Origin: an uncultured Alphaproteobacteria bacterium
GTDB taxonomy: Bacteria > Pseudomonadota > Alphaproteobacteria > Bin95
Assembly: GCA_938083135.1 (NCBI GenBank)
Contig: CALLKY010000002.1
Coordinates: 16,097 to 80,096 of the forward strand
Reading direction: 5' to 3'
DNA length: 64,000 bases
The number at the start of each line of letters is the position of its first letter. Within the stretch, counting starts at the first letter, position 1. The notes below the pieces were generated by a model, which saw only the letters and a program-made list of their open reading frames with translations, was not told the origin of the DNA and did not search any database. This document shows, in pieces, positions 39,599 to 49,692 of the stretch. A program made the position numbers and the translations under genes.

Positions 39599-40296
39599 GC
39601 CAGGTTCTCCCGCGCCCACACATCCTGGGCAGGCGTATTCTTCGGGTCGCGGGCGCGGAGCTGATAGTAGGCGAGATAGGGCGCGTAGCCGGTGTGGACG
39701 CGCCGCAGCTCCGTCACTGCATCGTCATGAAGATCAACGCGGAGATTAATGTCCTCAACGATGTCAGCACCCTGAATGATCAGCGCGGCGGAGCGTTCGG
39801 ACAGGTGCGCGCCATCGCCGCCCGCTTGGCCGCCTGAATCGCGCCCGGCTTCCAGCGCCAACATCAGCCGTTCATCCAACCGCTGGCCTTTGCTGGTCTC
39901 GAAGCCTTTCGCAATCGCTGCTACAACGTGCTCACCCGCAAGCACGTTGCCAAAGGCTGCATAACCGTCGCCCACGACGTGACCTGCAAAGGGGCGGCAA
40001 GTATCGCCAGTGTGCATGGCGACAGCACCATCCGCGCCCACTATGGCGACTTGGCGATAGCTGAATCCAGGATCGGATTCAGCCAATAAGCGCATCACAT
40101 TATCTGGCGACTTGCCATCTTTCAGTGCATCAAGGGCGATTGGCCCAAGCGTTGGATTGGCAAAGGCTTGGGTTGAGAGTGCCGCAAGGCCTCGCGCCAA
40201 GAAAGGGCAATATCCGCCGACGCCGAGCGAATATGTGGCGATGCCGACGCCTAGGGCGTTGGTTTCTGGGCAGCGGGCGACAATGGTATAGGTCAT
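39595..40296 (-). CDS. DUF1028 domain protein (Ntn-hydrolase-like)
   Basis: N-terminal MTYTIVAR, TQA..NP, RQVAIV, GNVLAG, SAAL, LRVD. Confidence 0.88.
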   Translation of the reverse strand: MTYTIVARCPETNALGVGIATYSLGVGGYCPFLARGLAALSTQAFANPTLGPIALDALKDGKSPDNVMRLLAESDPGFSYRQVAIVGADGAVAMHTGDTCRPFAGHVVGDGYAAFGNVLAGEHVVAAIAKGFETSKGQRLDERLMLALEAGRDSGGQAGGDGAHLSERSAALIIQGADIVEDINLRVDLHDDAVTELRRVHTGYAPYLAYYQLRARDPKNTPAQDVWARENLA

Positions 40297-40344
40297 GGGG
40301 CGGCCATCCTTCTGTGCATCTATAGAAATGGTGGCCCGGTCTGG

Positions 40345-41061
40345 CTAGAAAAGCCAGCGCCAGATCAACGGGAGCATTGCTGCGGTCAAAAGACCGTTTA
40401 ATCCCATGGCGATGCCGCTAAAGGCACCCGCCGTCTCATCTATCTGAACGGCGCGGGCTGTCCCTATGCCATGGCTGGCCGCCCCCAACGCCAGGCCTTT
40501 CGCCCGACTGTCCCGGACGCATAGCAAGTGCAGCAATGCTGGGCCAAACATAGCGCCTGTGATGCCCGTTAGCAGGACCAGCATGGCTGTGAGGGACGGC
40601 AATCCGCCAATCTCCGCTGATACGCCCATGGCGATCGCCACGGTGACAGACTTCGGCGCAATGGATGCGACCACCGTGGGTCCAGCACCTAACGCCCAGG
40701 CAATGCCGATGGCTGCGAGAGCGCCCGTCGCAGAGCCCAGCGCAAGTGAAGAGAGGAGTGCGGGCAGGGAGCGCTTTACTTGCTCCAACTGATTATAGAG
40801 CGGGATTGCCAAAGCGACCGTTGCCGGGCCAAGCAGGAAATGGACGAATTTTGCGCCCTCAAAGAATGTGCCGTAGTCCGTATCCGTAATCAGCAGCACC
40901 GCGACGAGCATGGCGACGGCTAAGAGCACGGGGTTCAGCACGGCCAGTCCGCCTGACCGCTTATACGCCCAATCACCTATCTGATAGGCGATCAGCGTAA
41001 GCGTGAGATGCAGCAGCGGACTGGATGAGAGATAGACCCAGATTTCGGTAAAGTGGCTCAT
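40345..41061 (-). CDS. lrgB: LrgB/CidB family membrane protein
   Basis: LLGPATVALAIPLY, PKSVT, HGIGTARA. Confidence 0.93.
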   Translation of the reverse strand: MSHFTEIWVYLSSSPLLHLTLTLIAYQIGDWAYKRSGGLAVLNPVLLAVAMLVAVLLITDTDYGTFFEGAKFVHFLLGPATVALAIPLYNQLEQVKRSLPALLSSLALGSATGALAAIGIAWALGAGPTVVASIAPKSVTVAIAMGVSAEIGGLPSLTAMLVLLTGITGAMFGPALLHLLCVRDSRAKGLALGAASHGIGTARAVQIDETAGAFSGIAMGLNGLLTAAMLPLIWRWLF

Positions 41062-41417
41062 TCCTGGCCGCCTTTGCGCTTAGATAGGCGCATGGCCCAG
41101 GTCATGGCGAGGCCAGTGACGGCGATGGCGGCAAGGGTACTGACGAACAGGGCAACGCCGATAACAGCGCCCGAATCTGCCAGAACGGTCAAGTGCAATG
41201 TGACGCCGACGCCCGCTGGCACAAACATCAGCGATAGATGGCTCAGCAGGCCACGGCTAGTCTCGGCCAGAGCTTTAGGCGCACCGCCACGGATGATGAG
41301 TGCGATAAACAGCAGCGCCATGCCAACAACGGGGCCGGGCGCAGGCAGTTGAAGCCACGCGACCAGCGCTTCACCCGCCAGTTGGAACGCAAGGAGCGCT
41401 GTCAGCGCCCAAAGCAT
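41058..41417 (-). CDS. lrgA: CidA/LrgA family membrane protein
   Basis: GE...PGPVVGM, LMFVPAGVG; coupled to lrgB. Confidence 0.92.
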   Translation of the reverse strand: MLWALTALLAFQLAGEALVAWLQLPAPGPVVGMALLFIALIIRGGAPKALAETSRGLLSHLSLMFVPAGVGVTLHLTVLADSGAVIGVALFVSTLAAIAVTGLAMTWAMRLSKRKGGQE

Positions 41418-42829
41418 TAACCGGCGGCCTCAGCATTGCGGCGACGGGCGCGACGGGGGGCTGCGATCCAGATGGCGATAACGCTAATTACGCTCCAGCC
41501 GATGCACACAAGGAATGCTGTCTCGTAATTGCCGAAAATGTCGTGGAGCAGGCCAGTAAAATATGGCCCCGCACCGCCGCCAAGCGACGCTGCAACGCTC
41601 AGCACCCCAAAGATCGTAGAATAGTTCTTGCCTTGAAACAGGTCTGCCGGGGCAGAGGCGAATACGGCTGTGAGCCCGTAGCCCAGCAAGCCCTGCGCCG
41701 CGATCATCAGCCAGAATAGCGGTATACTAGGGGCTTCCCGCATTAGGATCAGGATGGCGTAGCAAGCAGCAAAGCCGAAGCAGCCGATGGTCCATGCGCC
41801 TTCGCGGCCAATTTTATCGGCCATCCATCCGCCGTTGATCTGGCCAGCAATGCCGAAGGTCGCAACGGCAGCCAGGCCCAGTGTCGCCATGTTGGCGTTG
41901 AACCCAATATCAATCAGATATTGTGTTTGATGCACCTGAACTGCGTACCAGGACCAAAGCATGCCAAATGCCGCGATAGCGATGAACCAGAAGGACGGCA
42001 TGGCCATCGCTTGCGCAAGCGTCGGTCCGCCCAAAGGTTTTGGCTGAGCACCAGCCGCTAGGGGGGCCGCCGTATCACCATCAGGAAGCAGGCCCATGTC
42101 TTCTGGGCGGCGGCGCTGTGCGATCAAGTTCAGCGGTGCCAATAGGCCGATCACAACAAGGGCAATTGCCCAGCACGCTTCGCGCCAGCCAAGGCTTTGA
42201 ATGACGCCGCCAAGTGGGATCAGCAGCAACGCGCCAACGCCGGCACCAGAAAACGCGAGCCCAACAGCCAGCCCACGCCGTCGCTGGAACCACATGGGCA
42301 AAGTTGCAGCATGGCCGATATACCCAAGGATTGTGGATGCGCCAACAACGAGTACGCCGAACGTGACGTAGAGCATCCAAGGGGCTGAGATATAGGTCGT
42401 GCCAACAAGCCCCAGCGCCATCATGAGCGAGCCAGTCGGCATGACGATGCGCGGCCCAAACTTGTTCAGCGACAGGCCAACCAGTGGGCCCATGCCTGCC
42501 GCGAATACGAAGCCCATGGAGAATGCGCCCGCGGTTTCGCCGCGTGACCAGCCGAATTCTGCCAGAATCTCTGGGTAGAGTAGCGAAAATGCCGTCCGCG
42601 CATTGACGCCGATTGCTAGGGTCGCAAAAGCGCAGGCGACAATGATCCAGCCATAGTAAAGCTTCTTCGGCGCAGCGCCTTCACCGATTGGCTCCGGGCT
42701 CATTTCGGGCGTGGTTTCAGTCGTGGTCACAGCAGAGCCCGCGCCGTCCGGCGTAGGGCGGCGGATCGGCTCAGGCCTTTGTCCGCCAGGGACCGAAGGC
42801 GCGTAACGGCGGACGGGCTTGTCGGTCAC
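41417..42829 (-). CDS. MFS transporter (OFA/monocarboxylate-like)
   Basis: YYGWII, about 12 TM helices, WFQRRRGLAVG, GWMADKIGR. Confidence 0.9.
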   Translation of the reverse strand: MTDKPVRRYAPSVPGGQRPEPIRRPTPDGAGSAVTTTETTPEMSPEPIGEGAAPKKLYYGWIIVACAFATLAIGVNARTAFSLLYPEILAEFGWSRGETAGAFSMGFVFAAGMGPLVGLSLNKFGPRIVMPTGSLMMALGLVGTTYISAPWMLYVTFGVLVVGASTILGYIGHAATLPMWFQRRRGLAVGLAFSGAGVGALLLIPLGGVIQSLGWREACWAIALVVIGLLAPLNLIAQRRRPEDMGLLPDGDTAAPLAAGAQPKPLGGPTLAQAMAMPSFWFIAIAAFGMLWSWYAVQVHQTQYLIDIGFNANMATLGLAAVATFGIAGQINGGWMADKIGREGAWTIGCFGFAACYAILILMREAPSIPLFWLMIAAQGLLGYGLTAVFASAPADLFQGKNYSTIFGVLSVAASLGGGAGPYFTGLLHDIFGNYETAFLVCIGWSVISVIAIWIAAPRRARRRNAEAAG

Positions 42830-43140
42830 TTGATCGGCGAGAAGGGTGCCGGTGTCGTCAGGCTATTCTCTTGCGCCTGGACGAGGCCATCGGTTTTTGC
42901 CTGATATTCTGCCCAACCTGGATCCGCATCGCGGGCAGCGCGCTTCTGTTCCATATCGGCCAGGCTGTCGAATTCCCACATATGCGTGACGCGATTTAAC
43001 CGACCAACGCTATGGACGAAGTAACCAAGCAGTTTCAAGCCGTTGCGCTGCTGCACAGGCAGGCCATCTTCCTCAAAAATCTTGAGGTAGGTTTTCATTT
43101 TGCGGGGCTGAATGGTGTAGCAGCGAACGTCAACGATCAT
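42826..43140 (-). CDS. NIPSNAP family protein
   Basis: DVRCYTI.P, GYF..VG.LN...HMW..DSLAD...R, PAPFSP. Confidence 0.9.
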   Translation of the reverse strand: MIVDVRCYTIQPRKMKTYLKIFEEDGLPVQQRNGLKLLGYFVHSVGRLNRVTHMWEFDSLADMEQKRAARDADPGWAEYQAKTDGLVQAQENSLTTPAPFSPIK

Positions 43141-43143
43141 GGT

Positions 43144-43851
43144 TTAAGTTCCATCTGGATAGTAAAGGGCTTTGATGCGGGCAGCGTAATCACCCAAGGC
43201 TTTATTGTTTTGCGCGGCGTCGCGGAGTGGCGAGTCAAAGCTGTCGCCGTGAATATTTCCCACAAATGCGCCAACGCTGGCGTCAACCGCCGTCGGCGTA
43301 TCACCGTGCATGAAGGGTTTGTCGCCAAGCCAATCTGCGATTGCAGCAAGGTTCTGAATGCCAAACTGCATCTGCTCATCAAGGCTGTGGCGACCCATGC
43401 CGTGACCATGCATGTCGCGGATCATCTTTTTACGAATTTGCCCAGCGATGATGGGGCGGATGAGCTTCGGGATCGGCCCAAAGAAGATGTCTCGCAGCTG
43501 CGCCCAGTTATCATCAATCAGCCAGCGTGCGGCGACGATGGACCAATATAGATGTTCCTCCGCCAAGCGCTGAAACGCTAGAGAGACACCCTTTTGCTCG
43601 GCGGTTAACCCCGCATCGAAATCCGCGCCATGGGTTTGCTCTAGGTGGTGGCGGATGAATGTGGAGTCCGCAATCACCTGTCCGCCATCCACAATCAGCG
43701 GCATCTTGCCTTTCGGTGCCTTCCGTGGATCATCCACATAGACGATCTTGTGCGGCAGATCGGCCATGCGCAGCAGGATCGCAGCCTTAACGCCGAATGG
43801 CGTTCCGGTTGGCTGCCCGAAGGCGGCGCGGAACGTGTGGAGTTCGATCAT
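43144..43851 (-). CDS. Glutathione S-transferase family protein (metaxin/FAX-like)
   Basis: PF.VK, PKGKMP, ADS..I, EEHLYW, GMGRH, PT.VD. Confidence 0.87.
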   Translation of the reverse strand: MIELHTFRAAFGQPTGTPFGVKAAILLRMADLPHKIVYVDDPRKAPKGKMPLIVDGGQVIADSTFIRHHLEQTHGADFDAGLTAEQKGVSLAFQRLAEEHLYWSIVAARWLIDDNWAQLRDIFFGPIPKLIRPIIAGQIRKKMIRDMHGHGMGRHSLDEQMQFGIQNLAAIADWLGDKPFMHGDTPTAVDASVGAFVGNIHGDSFDSPLRDAAQNNKALGDYAARIKALYYPDGT

Positions 43852-43857
43852 GCGCTT

Positions 43858-45405
43858 CTATCCCCTGATGCCGTGAAGGTAAGGGCCTGCCTCCCGCAAA
43901 GGGGCAGCAGTATTGGCGAAGTCTACCAGCATTTTTCGGGTGTCGCCGGGATCAATAATCTCTTCAACCCAAAATGCCTCAGCAGAGCGGAATGGCGAGC
44001 GCAGTTTCTCAAGCCGTTCAATGATTTCGGCATGCTTGGCTGCCGGATCATCCGCCGCTTCGATGTCAGCGCTATACGCAGCCTCAATCCCGCCTTCAAG
44101 CGGCAAGGAACCCCAGCGGCCAGAGGGCCACGCATAGCGGAGATTGAATTGACCGCCATTTTGGTGTGCGGCCCCCGCAACGCCGAATACATTGCGCACC
44201 AGGATCGAGCACCACGGCGTCGTTGATTGCCAGATAGCAGCCATCGCACGGGCGCCTTCCTTGATGGTGCCGGATTTCTCGCTCTCCAGCCCGATCAGGA
44301 AGCCCGGGCAATCAACTAGGTAGATTACTGGCAGGTGGAATGTGTTCGCCATATCGACGAAGCGCTCGACCTTACGGCAGGCATCCGCGGTCCATCCACC
44401 GCCATAATGGCGTGGGTCACTGGCCATAACGGCGACTGGCCATCCATCAACGCGGGCGAGGCCGGTCATGATGGAGCGACCGTACATTTTGCCCATTTCA
44501 AAGAATGAGTCCGTATCAACAACGGATCGCACGATCTTTCGCATATCATAGACTTTGCGGATATCACGGGGGACGGCATCCATCAGTGTCGCATCTGTGC
44601 GTTCAGGATCGTCCGTCGGCTCTATGCGCTCCGGCAGTTCATGGACGTTCTGGGGCAGGTAGGACAAGAACTTGCGAGCGTGTTCGAAGGCTTCTTCTTC
44701 GGTATCCACAGCCTCATCAACCGCACCTGCGCGGAGTTGGATTTTCCAACCGCCAAGTTCCTGCTTGGTCAGGTCCTGCCCAAGGCGTTTGACCACGGGT
44801 GGCCCGGCAACGAACAGCGCTGAGGTTTCTTTCACCATGACAGAATAGTGTGCCGCCACCATATGTGCGGCACCCAGCCCAGCGACGGATCCGAGCCCCA
44901 GCGCCACCCTGGGCACTGTGCCCATATTGCGAACAACCCATTCCCAGCCCTTAACGCCTGGTACATTGGCCCGGCCCGTGGTCTCAATCGTCTTCACGGA
45001 CCCGCCGCCGCCAGAACCTTCGATGATGCGAATGAGGGGCAGGCGGAGCGTGTTCGCCATCTGCTCGCACATGATGTGCTTTTCTTTGATGGTCGCGTCT
45101 GCTGAGCCGCCACGCACAGTGAAATCATCGCCGCCGACAACGACCTGCCGCCCGTTCACCTTGCCGCGCCCGAACACGAAGTTCGACGCCATGAAGCTTT
45201 CAAGGTCATTCTTGCCGTCATACTGTGCCATGCCTGCGATTTTGCCGGTTTCATGGAACGTGCCGTCGTCCAGCATGGCATCAATGCGCGCGCGGATGGT
45301 CAGGCGACCACCATCTGTTTGGCGCTTGACCTTGTCTGCCCCGCCCATCTGCTCAGCAAAAGCCTCACGGCGGCGAAGTTCGTCCATTTCGGGTTGCCAG
45401 TTCAT
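43858..45405 (-). CDS. Acyl-CoA carboxylase carboxyltransferase subunit
   Basis: DDFTVRGGS, AGPPVV, LVDCPGFLIG, EIIDP.DTR. Confidence 0.9.
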   Translation of the reverse strand: MNWQPEMDELRRREAFAEQMGGADKVKRQTDGGRLTIRARIDAMLDDGTFHETGKIAGMAQYDGKNDLESFMASNFVFGRGKVNGRQVVVGGDDFTVRGGSADATIKEKHIMCEQMANTLRLPLIRIIEGSGGGGSVKTIETTGRANVPGVKGWEWVVRNMGTVPRVALGLGSVAGLGAAHMVAAHYSVMVKETSALFVAGPPVVKRLGQDLTKQELGGWKIQLRAGAVDEAVDTEEEAFEHARKFLSYLPQNVHELPERIEPTDDPERTDATLMDAVPRDIRKVYDMRKIVRSVVDTDSFFEMGKMYGRSIMTGLARVDGWPVAVMASDPRHYGGGWTADACRKVERFVDMANTFHLPVIYLVDCPGFLIGLESEKSGTIKEGARAMAAIWQSTTPWCSILVRNVFGVAGAAHQNGGQFNLRYAWPSGRWGSLPLEGGIEAAYSADIEAADDPAAKHAEIIERLEKLRSPFRSAEAFWVEEIIDPGDTRKMLVDFANTAAPLREAGPYLHGIRG

Positions 45406-45507
45406 AGGCGCATTCTTCCTTGCAGGGGATCGGGTTTGGGGAGAATGTTAGCGGTGGCTGAAACACCGCGCCACCCCGCTATTCGTGCGCCTTGAGGAGC
45501 ATTTGCC

Positions 45508-45879
45508 ATGACAGGTTTCCAACCGCCCATCCCCATTCTTCGTAGCTTTGATGCGGAAATGGCGCGTGCGTTCTACATCGATTTTTTGGGTTTCAAAGTG
45601 CAATTCGAGCATCGCTTCGGTCCGGACGCGCCGCTTTACATGGGGATCGAACGCGACGGCTGCATCCTGCACCTCTCTGAGCATTTTGGTGATGGAACGC
45701 CGGGCACATTCGTTCGGATTGAGGTGCCAGATGTTCATGCCTATGCGAAGGCTTTGAATGTAAAGAACTACAGGAACGCCCAACCAGGAGTGCAATCCCA
45801 AGAATGGGGCTATGACGATATGAGTATTCGCGATCCTGCGGGGAACTATCTGATTTTCTGTACGTTGAGAGATGTATGA
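45508..45879 (+). CDS. Glyoxalase/bleomycin-resistance (VOC) superfamily protein
   Basis: PIPILR, FYIDFLGF, LHLSEH, DPAGN; SD GAGGAG. Confidence 0.88.
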   Translation: MTGFQPPIPILRSFDAEMARAFYIDFLGFKVQFEHRFGPDAPLYMGIERDGCILHLSEHFGDGTPGTFVRIEVPDVHAYAKALNVKNYRNAQPGVQSQEWGYDDMSIRDPAGNYLIFCTLRDV

Positions 45880-45928
45880 TCACGAAATTGTTTGTGAATG
45901 GGCTTGAACTCTGAAGTGGGCTCATTAG

Positions 45929-45945
45929 ATTAGAATTATTCTAAT
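45929..45945. promoter_or_regulatory. Irr-binding ICE-like palindrome upstream of catalase
   Basis: ATTAGAA-TTA-TTCTAAT is a perfect 7-3-7 inverted repeat resembling ICE consensus TTTAGAA-N3-TTCTAAA. Confidence 0.7.
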
Positions 45946-45969
45946 TCGCATTCAGCCAAGGTGCGCACT

Positions 45970-47418
45970 ATGACCGACCGCCCGACCATGACCACATCAT
46001 CCGGAGCGCCAATCCCGGATAATCAGAACTCTGTCACGGCGGGGCCACGTGGGCCGATGCTGATGCAAGACTATCAGCTGATTGAAAAGCTGGCGCACCA
46101 GAACCGCGAACGCATTCCAGAGCGTGCCGTTCACGCCAAAGGCTGGGGCGCGCACGGGACGCTGAAGATCACGGGCGATATCTCCAAATACACGAATGCC
46201 AAAGTGCTGCAGCCAGATGCGGAAACGCCGATGCTGGCGCGCTTCTCCACCGTGGCAGGTGAGGCAGGTGCTGCTGACGCTGAACGCGATGTGCGCGGCT
46301 TCGCACTGAAATTCTATACGCCAGAAGGCAACTGGGACTTGGTAGGCAACAATACGCCCGTCTTCTTTGTGCGGGACCCGGTGAAGTTCCCGGATTTCAT
46401 TCACACACAAAAGCGCCACCCGCGCACCAACCTGCGTTCCGCCACCGCCATGTGGGATTTCTGGTCGCTCAGCCCGGAGAGCCTGCACCAGGTGACGATC
46501 CTGATGTCAGATCGGGGCATTCCCGTTAGCCCCATGCATATGAACGGCTATGGCAGCCACACGCTCTCACTCTGGAATGATGCCGGTGAGCGCTATTGGG
46601 TAAAGTTCCACTTCAAGACCGAGCAGGGCCACAAGCACTATACTAATGGCGAAACGGTAGACGTGATTGGCAATAGCCGTGAGACCTACCAGGAAGCGTT
46701 GTTTGGCAGCATTGAGGACGGCAAGTTCCCGCGCTGGAAGGTGCAAGTTCAGATCATGCCAGAAATGGATGCTGAGAAGACATCCTATAACCCGTTCGAT
46801 CTCACCAAAGTCTGGCCGCATGCAGACTACCCCTGCATCGATATCGGCGTGATGGAGCTGAACAGGAACCCGGACAACTACTTCGCGGAGATTGAGAACG
46901 CAGCTTTCTCGCCCTCAAACATCGTTCCGGGCATTGGCTTCTCACCGGATAAAATGCTGCAGGCGCGGATTTTCTCTTACGCGGATGCCCACCGCCATCG
47001 CCTTGGCACGCACTACGATACGATCCCAGTCAACCAGCCGAAATGCCCAGTGCACCACTATCACCGCGACGGGCAGATGAATGTGTTTGGCGGGATTAAA
47101 ACCGGCAATGCGGATGCCTATTACGAGCCAAATTCCTTCAACGGCCCTGTAGAGGCACCATCCGCCAAAGAACCACCTTTGCGGATTGATGGCGACGCTG
47201 ACCGCTATAACCACCGCGACGGCAATGATGATTTCGGCCAGGTAAAAGCGCTGTTCGACCTCTTCGACGACGCCCACCGCAACCGCCTCTACGCCAACAT
47301 CGCCGCCGCGATGCAAGGCGCTCCAGAGGAAATCATCAAACGCCAAATCGCGCTGTTTGCGAAGGTAGACCCTGCTTATGGGGCAGGCGTAGCGAAAGCT
47401 ACGGGCGTAAGCGCCTGA
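45970..47418 (+). CDS. katA: Monofunctional small-subunit heme catalase
   Basis: [26 protein letters not shown], proximal ligand [10 protein letters not shown]. Confidence 0.96.
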   Translation: MTDRPTMTTSSGAPIPDNQNSVTAGPRGPMLMQDYQLIEKLAHQNRERIPERAVHAKGWGAHGTLKITGDISKYTNAKVLQPDAETPMLARFSTVAGEAGAADAERDVRGFALKFYTPEGNWDLVGNNTPVFFVRDPVKFPDFIHTQKRHPRTNLRSATAMWDFWSLSPESLHQVTILMSDRGIPVSPMHMNGYGSHTLSLWNDAGERYWVKFHFKTEQGHKHYTNGETVDVIGNSRETYQEALFGSIEDGKFPRWKVQVQIMPEMDAEKTSYNPFDLTKVWPHADYPCIDIGVMELNRNPDNYFAEIENAAFSPSNIVPGIGFSPDKMLQARIFSYADAHRHRLGTHYDTIPVNQPKCPVHHYHRDGQMNVFGGIKTGNADAYYEPNSFNGPVEAPSAKEPPLRIDGDADRYNHRDGNDDFGQVKALFDLFDDAHRNRLYANIAAAMQGAPEEIIKRQIALFAKVDPAYGAGVAKATGVSA

Positions 47419-47488
47419 TCCGACTGACTAACCATCCGGTCTGCCATTCACGTGGCAGGCCGGATGTGGCGGATTCGCGTATAACTAT

Positions 47489-47503
47489 TTAAACTGACCT
47501 TAA
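47489..47503. promoter_or_regulatory. CtrA-type box TTAA-N7-TTAA upstream of fliD
   Basis: TTAA-ACTGACC-TTAA, 56 bp before the fliD ATG; GANTC (GATTC) at 47472-47476. Confidence 0.6.
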
Positions 47504-47559
47504 GTTTCAAAGCCCCATAGTCCCCAATCAGATTAACAGGATTGGTGTGAGGCGGGACG

Positions 47560-49647
47560 ATGGTCGATCTCAATCTCAACAGCTTGCAGGTGAGTGAAGA
47601 CGGACGGATCAGCTTCTCTGGTCTGGGCTCCGGCATTGACTTTGAAGCTGCGGTTGATGGGATCATCGCCGCCAAGCGGGTGCCGATTGATCGGCTTGAA
47701 GCCAAGATTGAAACCAATCAATCCAAGCTGACAGCCCTGCAAACCGTTCGCTCGCTGACTGTTGGCCTGCAAGAATCCCTACAAAGCCTGCATGGCGCGG
47801 TATCCTTCGACCAATCAACAGACCTGTTTGCTGCCAAGCAAGCTTTCGCCAGCGCCAGCCGTGAAGATGGCGGTGGCGCGTCCAGCCCAGCCAACCTTAT
47901 GGGTGTCGCGGTAACGTCCAATGCAGCATCTGGCACGCACACGATTGAGCTCCTGCAGACGGCCCGCGCCCACCGGATCGGCAGCGCGTCATTCAATGGG
48001 CTCGACTCAGATATAGGTACGGCTCGAGGGCAGGCAGCGGAGAGCATTAGCGGTGATATCGAGATCGCGGGTGCCACCATCCCCGTGCTCGCGACAGATA
48101 CGCTGCCGGACCTGGTTGACCGTATCAACAATGCCAATTCTGGTGATGATGCTACAGGCGTTTCAGCAAGCATTGTCTCTACGTCAGAAACAGAACACTT
48201 CCTGGTGCTAACGGCGGATGAAACCGGCCAAACCATTGGCACGGATATCGCCCTGAACGATCCGAATAGCATCCTGGAAGATTTGGGCGTTCTAACATCA
48301 GGCGGTGCCAGCTTTGCGAACGAATTACAATCGGCGCAAAAAGCGAGATTTCATGCCGATGGTTTGCTCGATGGAGCCAATTATTCCAGTGTTGCGCAGG
48401 CAGACTCAGTTACCGCACTTGGAGAAGCTGGAACGCTGACGTTCAATGATACATCCGGTGCGTTGATCGGCACATTGGTGTATTCGGCAACGGATACGAT
48501 GGACGATATCGCAGCCGCGATTGCAGGGGACGGCACATTGTCCGCCGCTGGTATTTCGGCCAGCGTAAGTGCTGATGGCACCGGGTCTACCTTGCAGATA
48601 TCTGGCAGTTCATCCTTCAATATTGAAGATTCAAGTGGCCTGATCAGCGCATTGGGGGTTGCTAAAGACGACCTTGTTATTGAGCGGTCCAGCAACACGG
48701 TTTCTGACCTGTTTGATGGTGTCACGCTGACATTATTCCAGGCTGAAGTCGGCACGACGATTTCGGTTGATGTGGAGCGTGACCTTTCCAACGTGAAAAC
48801 CGGCATCGCCAATTTTATCACAAGCTATAACGAGCTTCGCCAGGAGCTGAACTTCCAACTGAATGTAGACCCTACTTCGGGTGCGCCGGATGAAGACGCG
48901 GTGTTGTTCGGCAATTCGGCGCTGGAAGAAATGGACCGGCGGTTGGAGGCGATTGTTGGCGGCGGTGCGGATGGCGTGAGCAGCGCGTTCTCTGTACTTG
49001 CGCAGATCGGCATTGACTTCATTGCGAATGGTGACCTTGAAGACCCAACATTGCGGGATACGTTGGAGCTGAACGAAGAACAGCTTGATGAGGCGCTGCT
49101 AAACAACTTGGATGATGTGCAGAAGCTATTCCAGTTTGATTTCGCAGCCTCCGACCCACGGGTGGTCTTGCTCGGGTTTGATGGGAATTCAACCCATTCC
49201 GCCGCAGGGTACACGATGGATATCGATTACGACGAAGGCGGCGGGGCCATCAATTCACTGACAATGAGCGATGGCGCCGCTACTGCCGACGGGAACACAA
49301 TCACCATAGACAGCGGCGGTGCTAAGGGGCTGCGCCTGTTCTATTCCGGAGATACGGACCTAAGCGGCGTGACGCTGGACTTTACGGTTGGTGTCGGCGC
49401 GAAACTGTTTTTCGATATTGGTGAAATCCTGGAAGCCGATGGCGGTGTAATCGCCAGTGAGGCGGACAGCCTGACTGGCCAGAATGAGCTCGCAGAAGAG
49501 CGCACCGTATCCATGCTGGATCGTTTGGAGCGCGAACGTGAAAGTGTGCTCAACAAATTCATTCGCATGGAGGCCGCATTGGCATCCATGAACCAGACAT
49601 TGGCGCAGGTCCGGCAAATCACTGAAGCCATGTTCCAGGATCGTTAA
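47560..49647 (+). CDS. fliD: Flagellar filament capping protein FliD (HAP2)
   Basis: N-terminal SFSGLGSGID, RSSNTVSDLFDGVTLTL, FITSYNEL, C-terminal coiled coil KFIRMEAALASMN. Confidence 0.9.
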   Translation: MVDLNLNSLQVSEDGRISFSGLGSGIDFEAAVDGIIAAKRVPIDRLEAKIETNQSKLTALQTVRSLTVGLQESLQSLHGAVSFDQSTDLFAAKQAFASASREDGGGASSPANLMGVAVTSNAASGTHTIELLQTARAHRIGSASFNGLDSDIGTARGQAAESISGDIEIAGATIPVLATDTLPDLVDRINNANSGDDATGVSASIVSTSETEHFLVLTADETGQTIGTDIALNDPNSILEDLGVLTSGGASFANELQSAQKARFHADGLLDGANYSSVAQADSVTALGEAGTLTFNDTSGALIGTLVYSATDTMDDIAAAIAGDGTLSAAGISASVSADGTGSTLQISGSSSFNIEDSSGLISALGVAKDDLVIERSSNTVSDLFDGVTLTLFQAEVGTTISVDVERDLSNVKTGIANFITSYNELRQELNFQLNVDPTSGAPDEDAVLFGNSALEEMDRRLEAIVGGGADGVSSAFSVLAQIGIDFIANGDLEDPTLRDTLELNEEQLDEALLNNLDDVQKLFQFDFAASDPRVVLLGFDGNSTHSAAGYTMDIDYDEGGGAINSLTMSDGAATADGNTITIDSGGAKGLRLFYSGDTDLSGVTLDFTVGVGAKLFFDIGEILEADGGVIASEADSLTGQNELAEERTVSMLDRLERERESVLNKFIRMEAALASMNQTLAQVRQITEAMFQDR

Positions 49648-49692
49648 CCACTTACGCCTAAAGTACTGTTTCCGAAGGCAGAAAGCATCGCA

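Noticed and set aside
40345..41417. Holin/antiholin as a prophage remnant
   Set aside because: No phage genes nearby; LrgAB is common chromosomal content.
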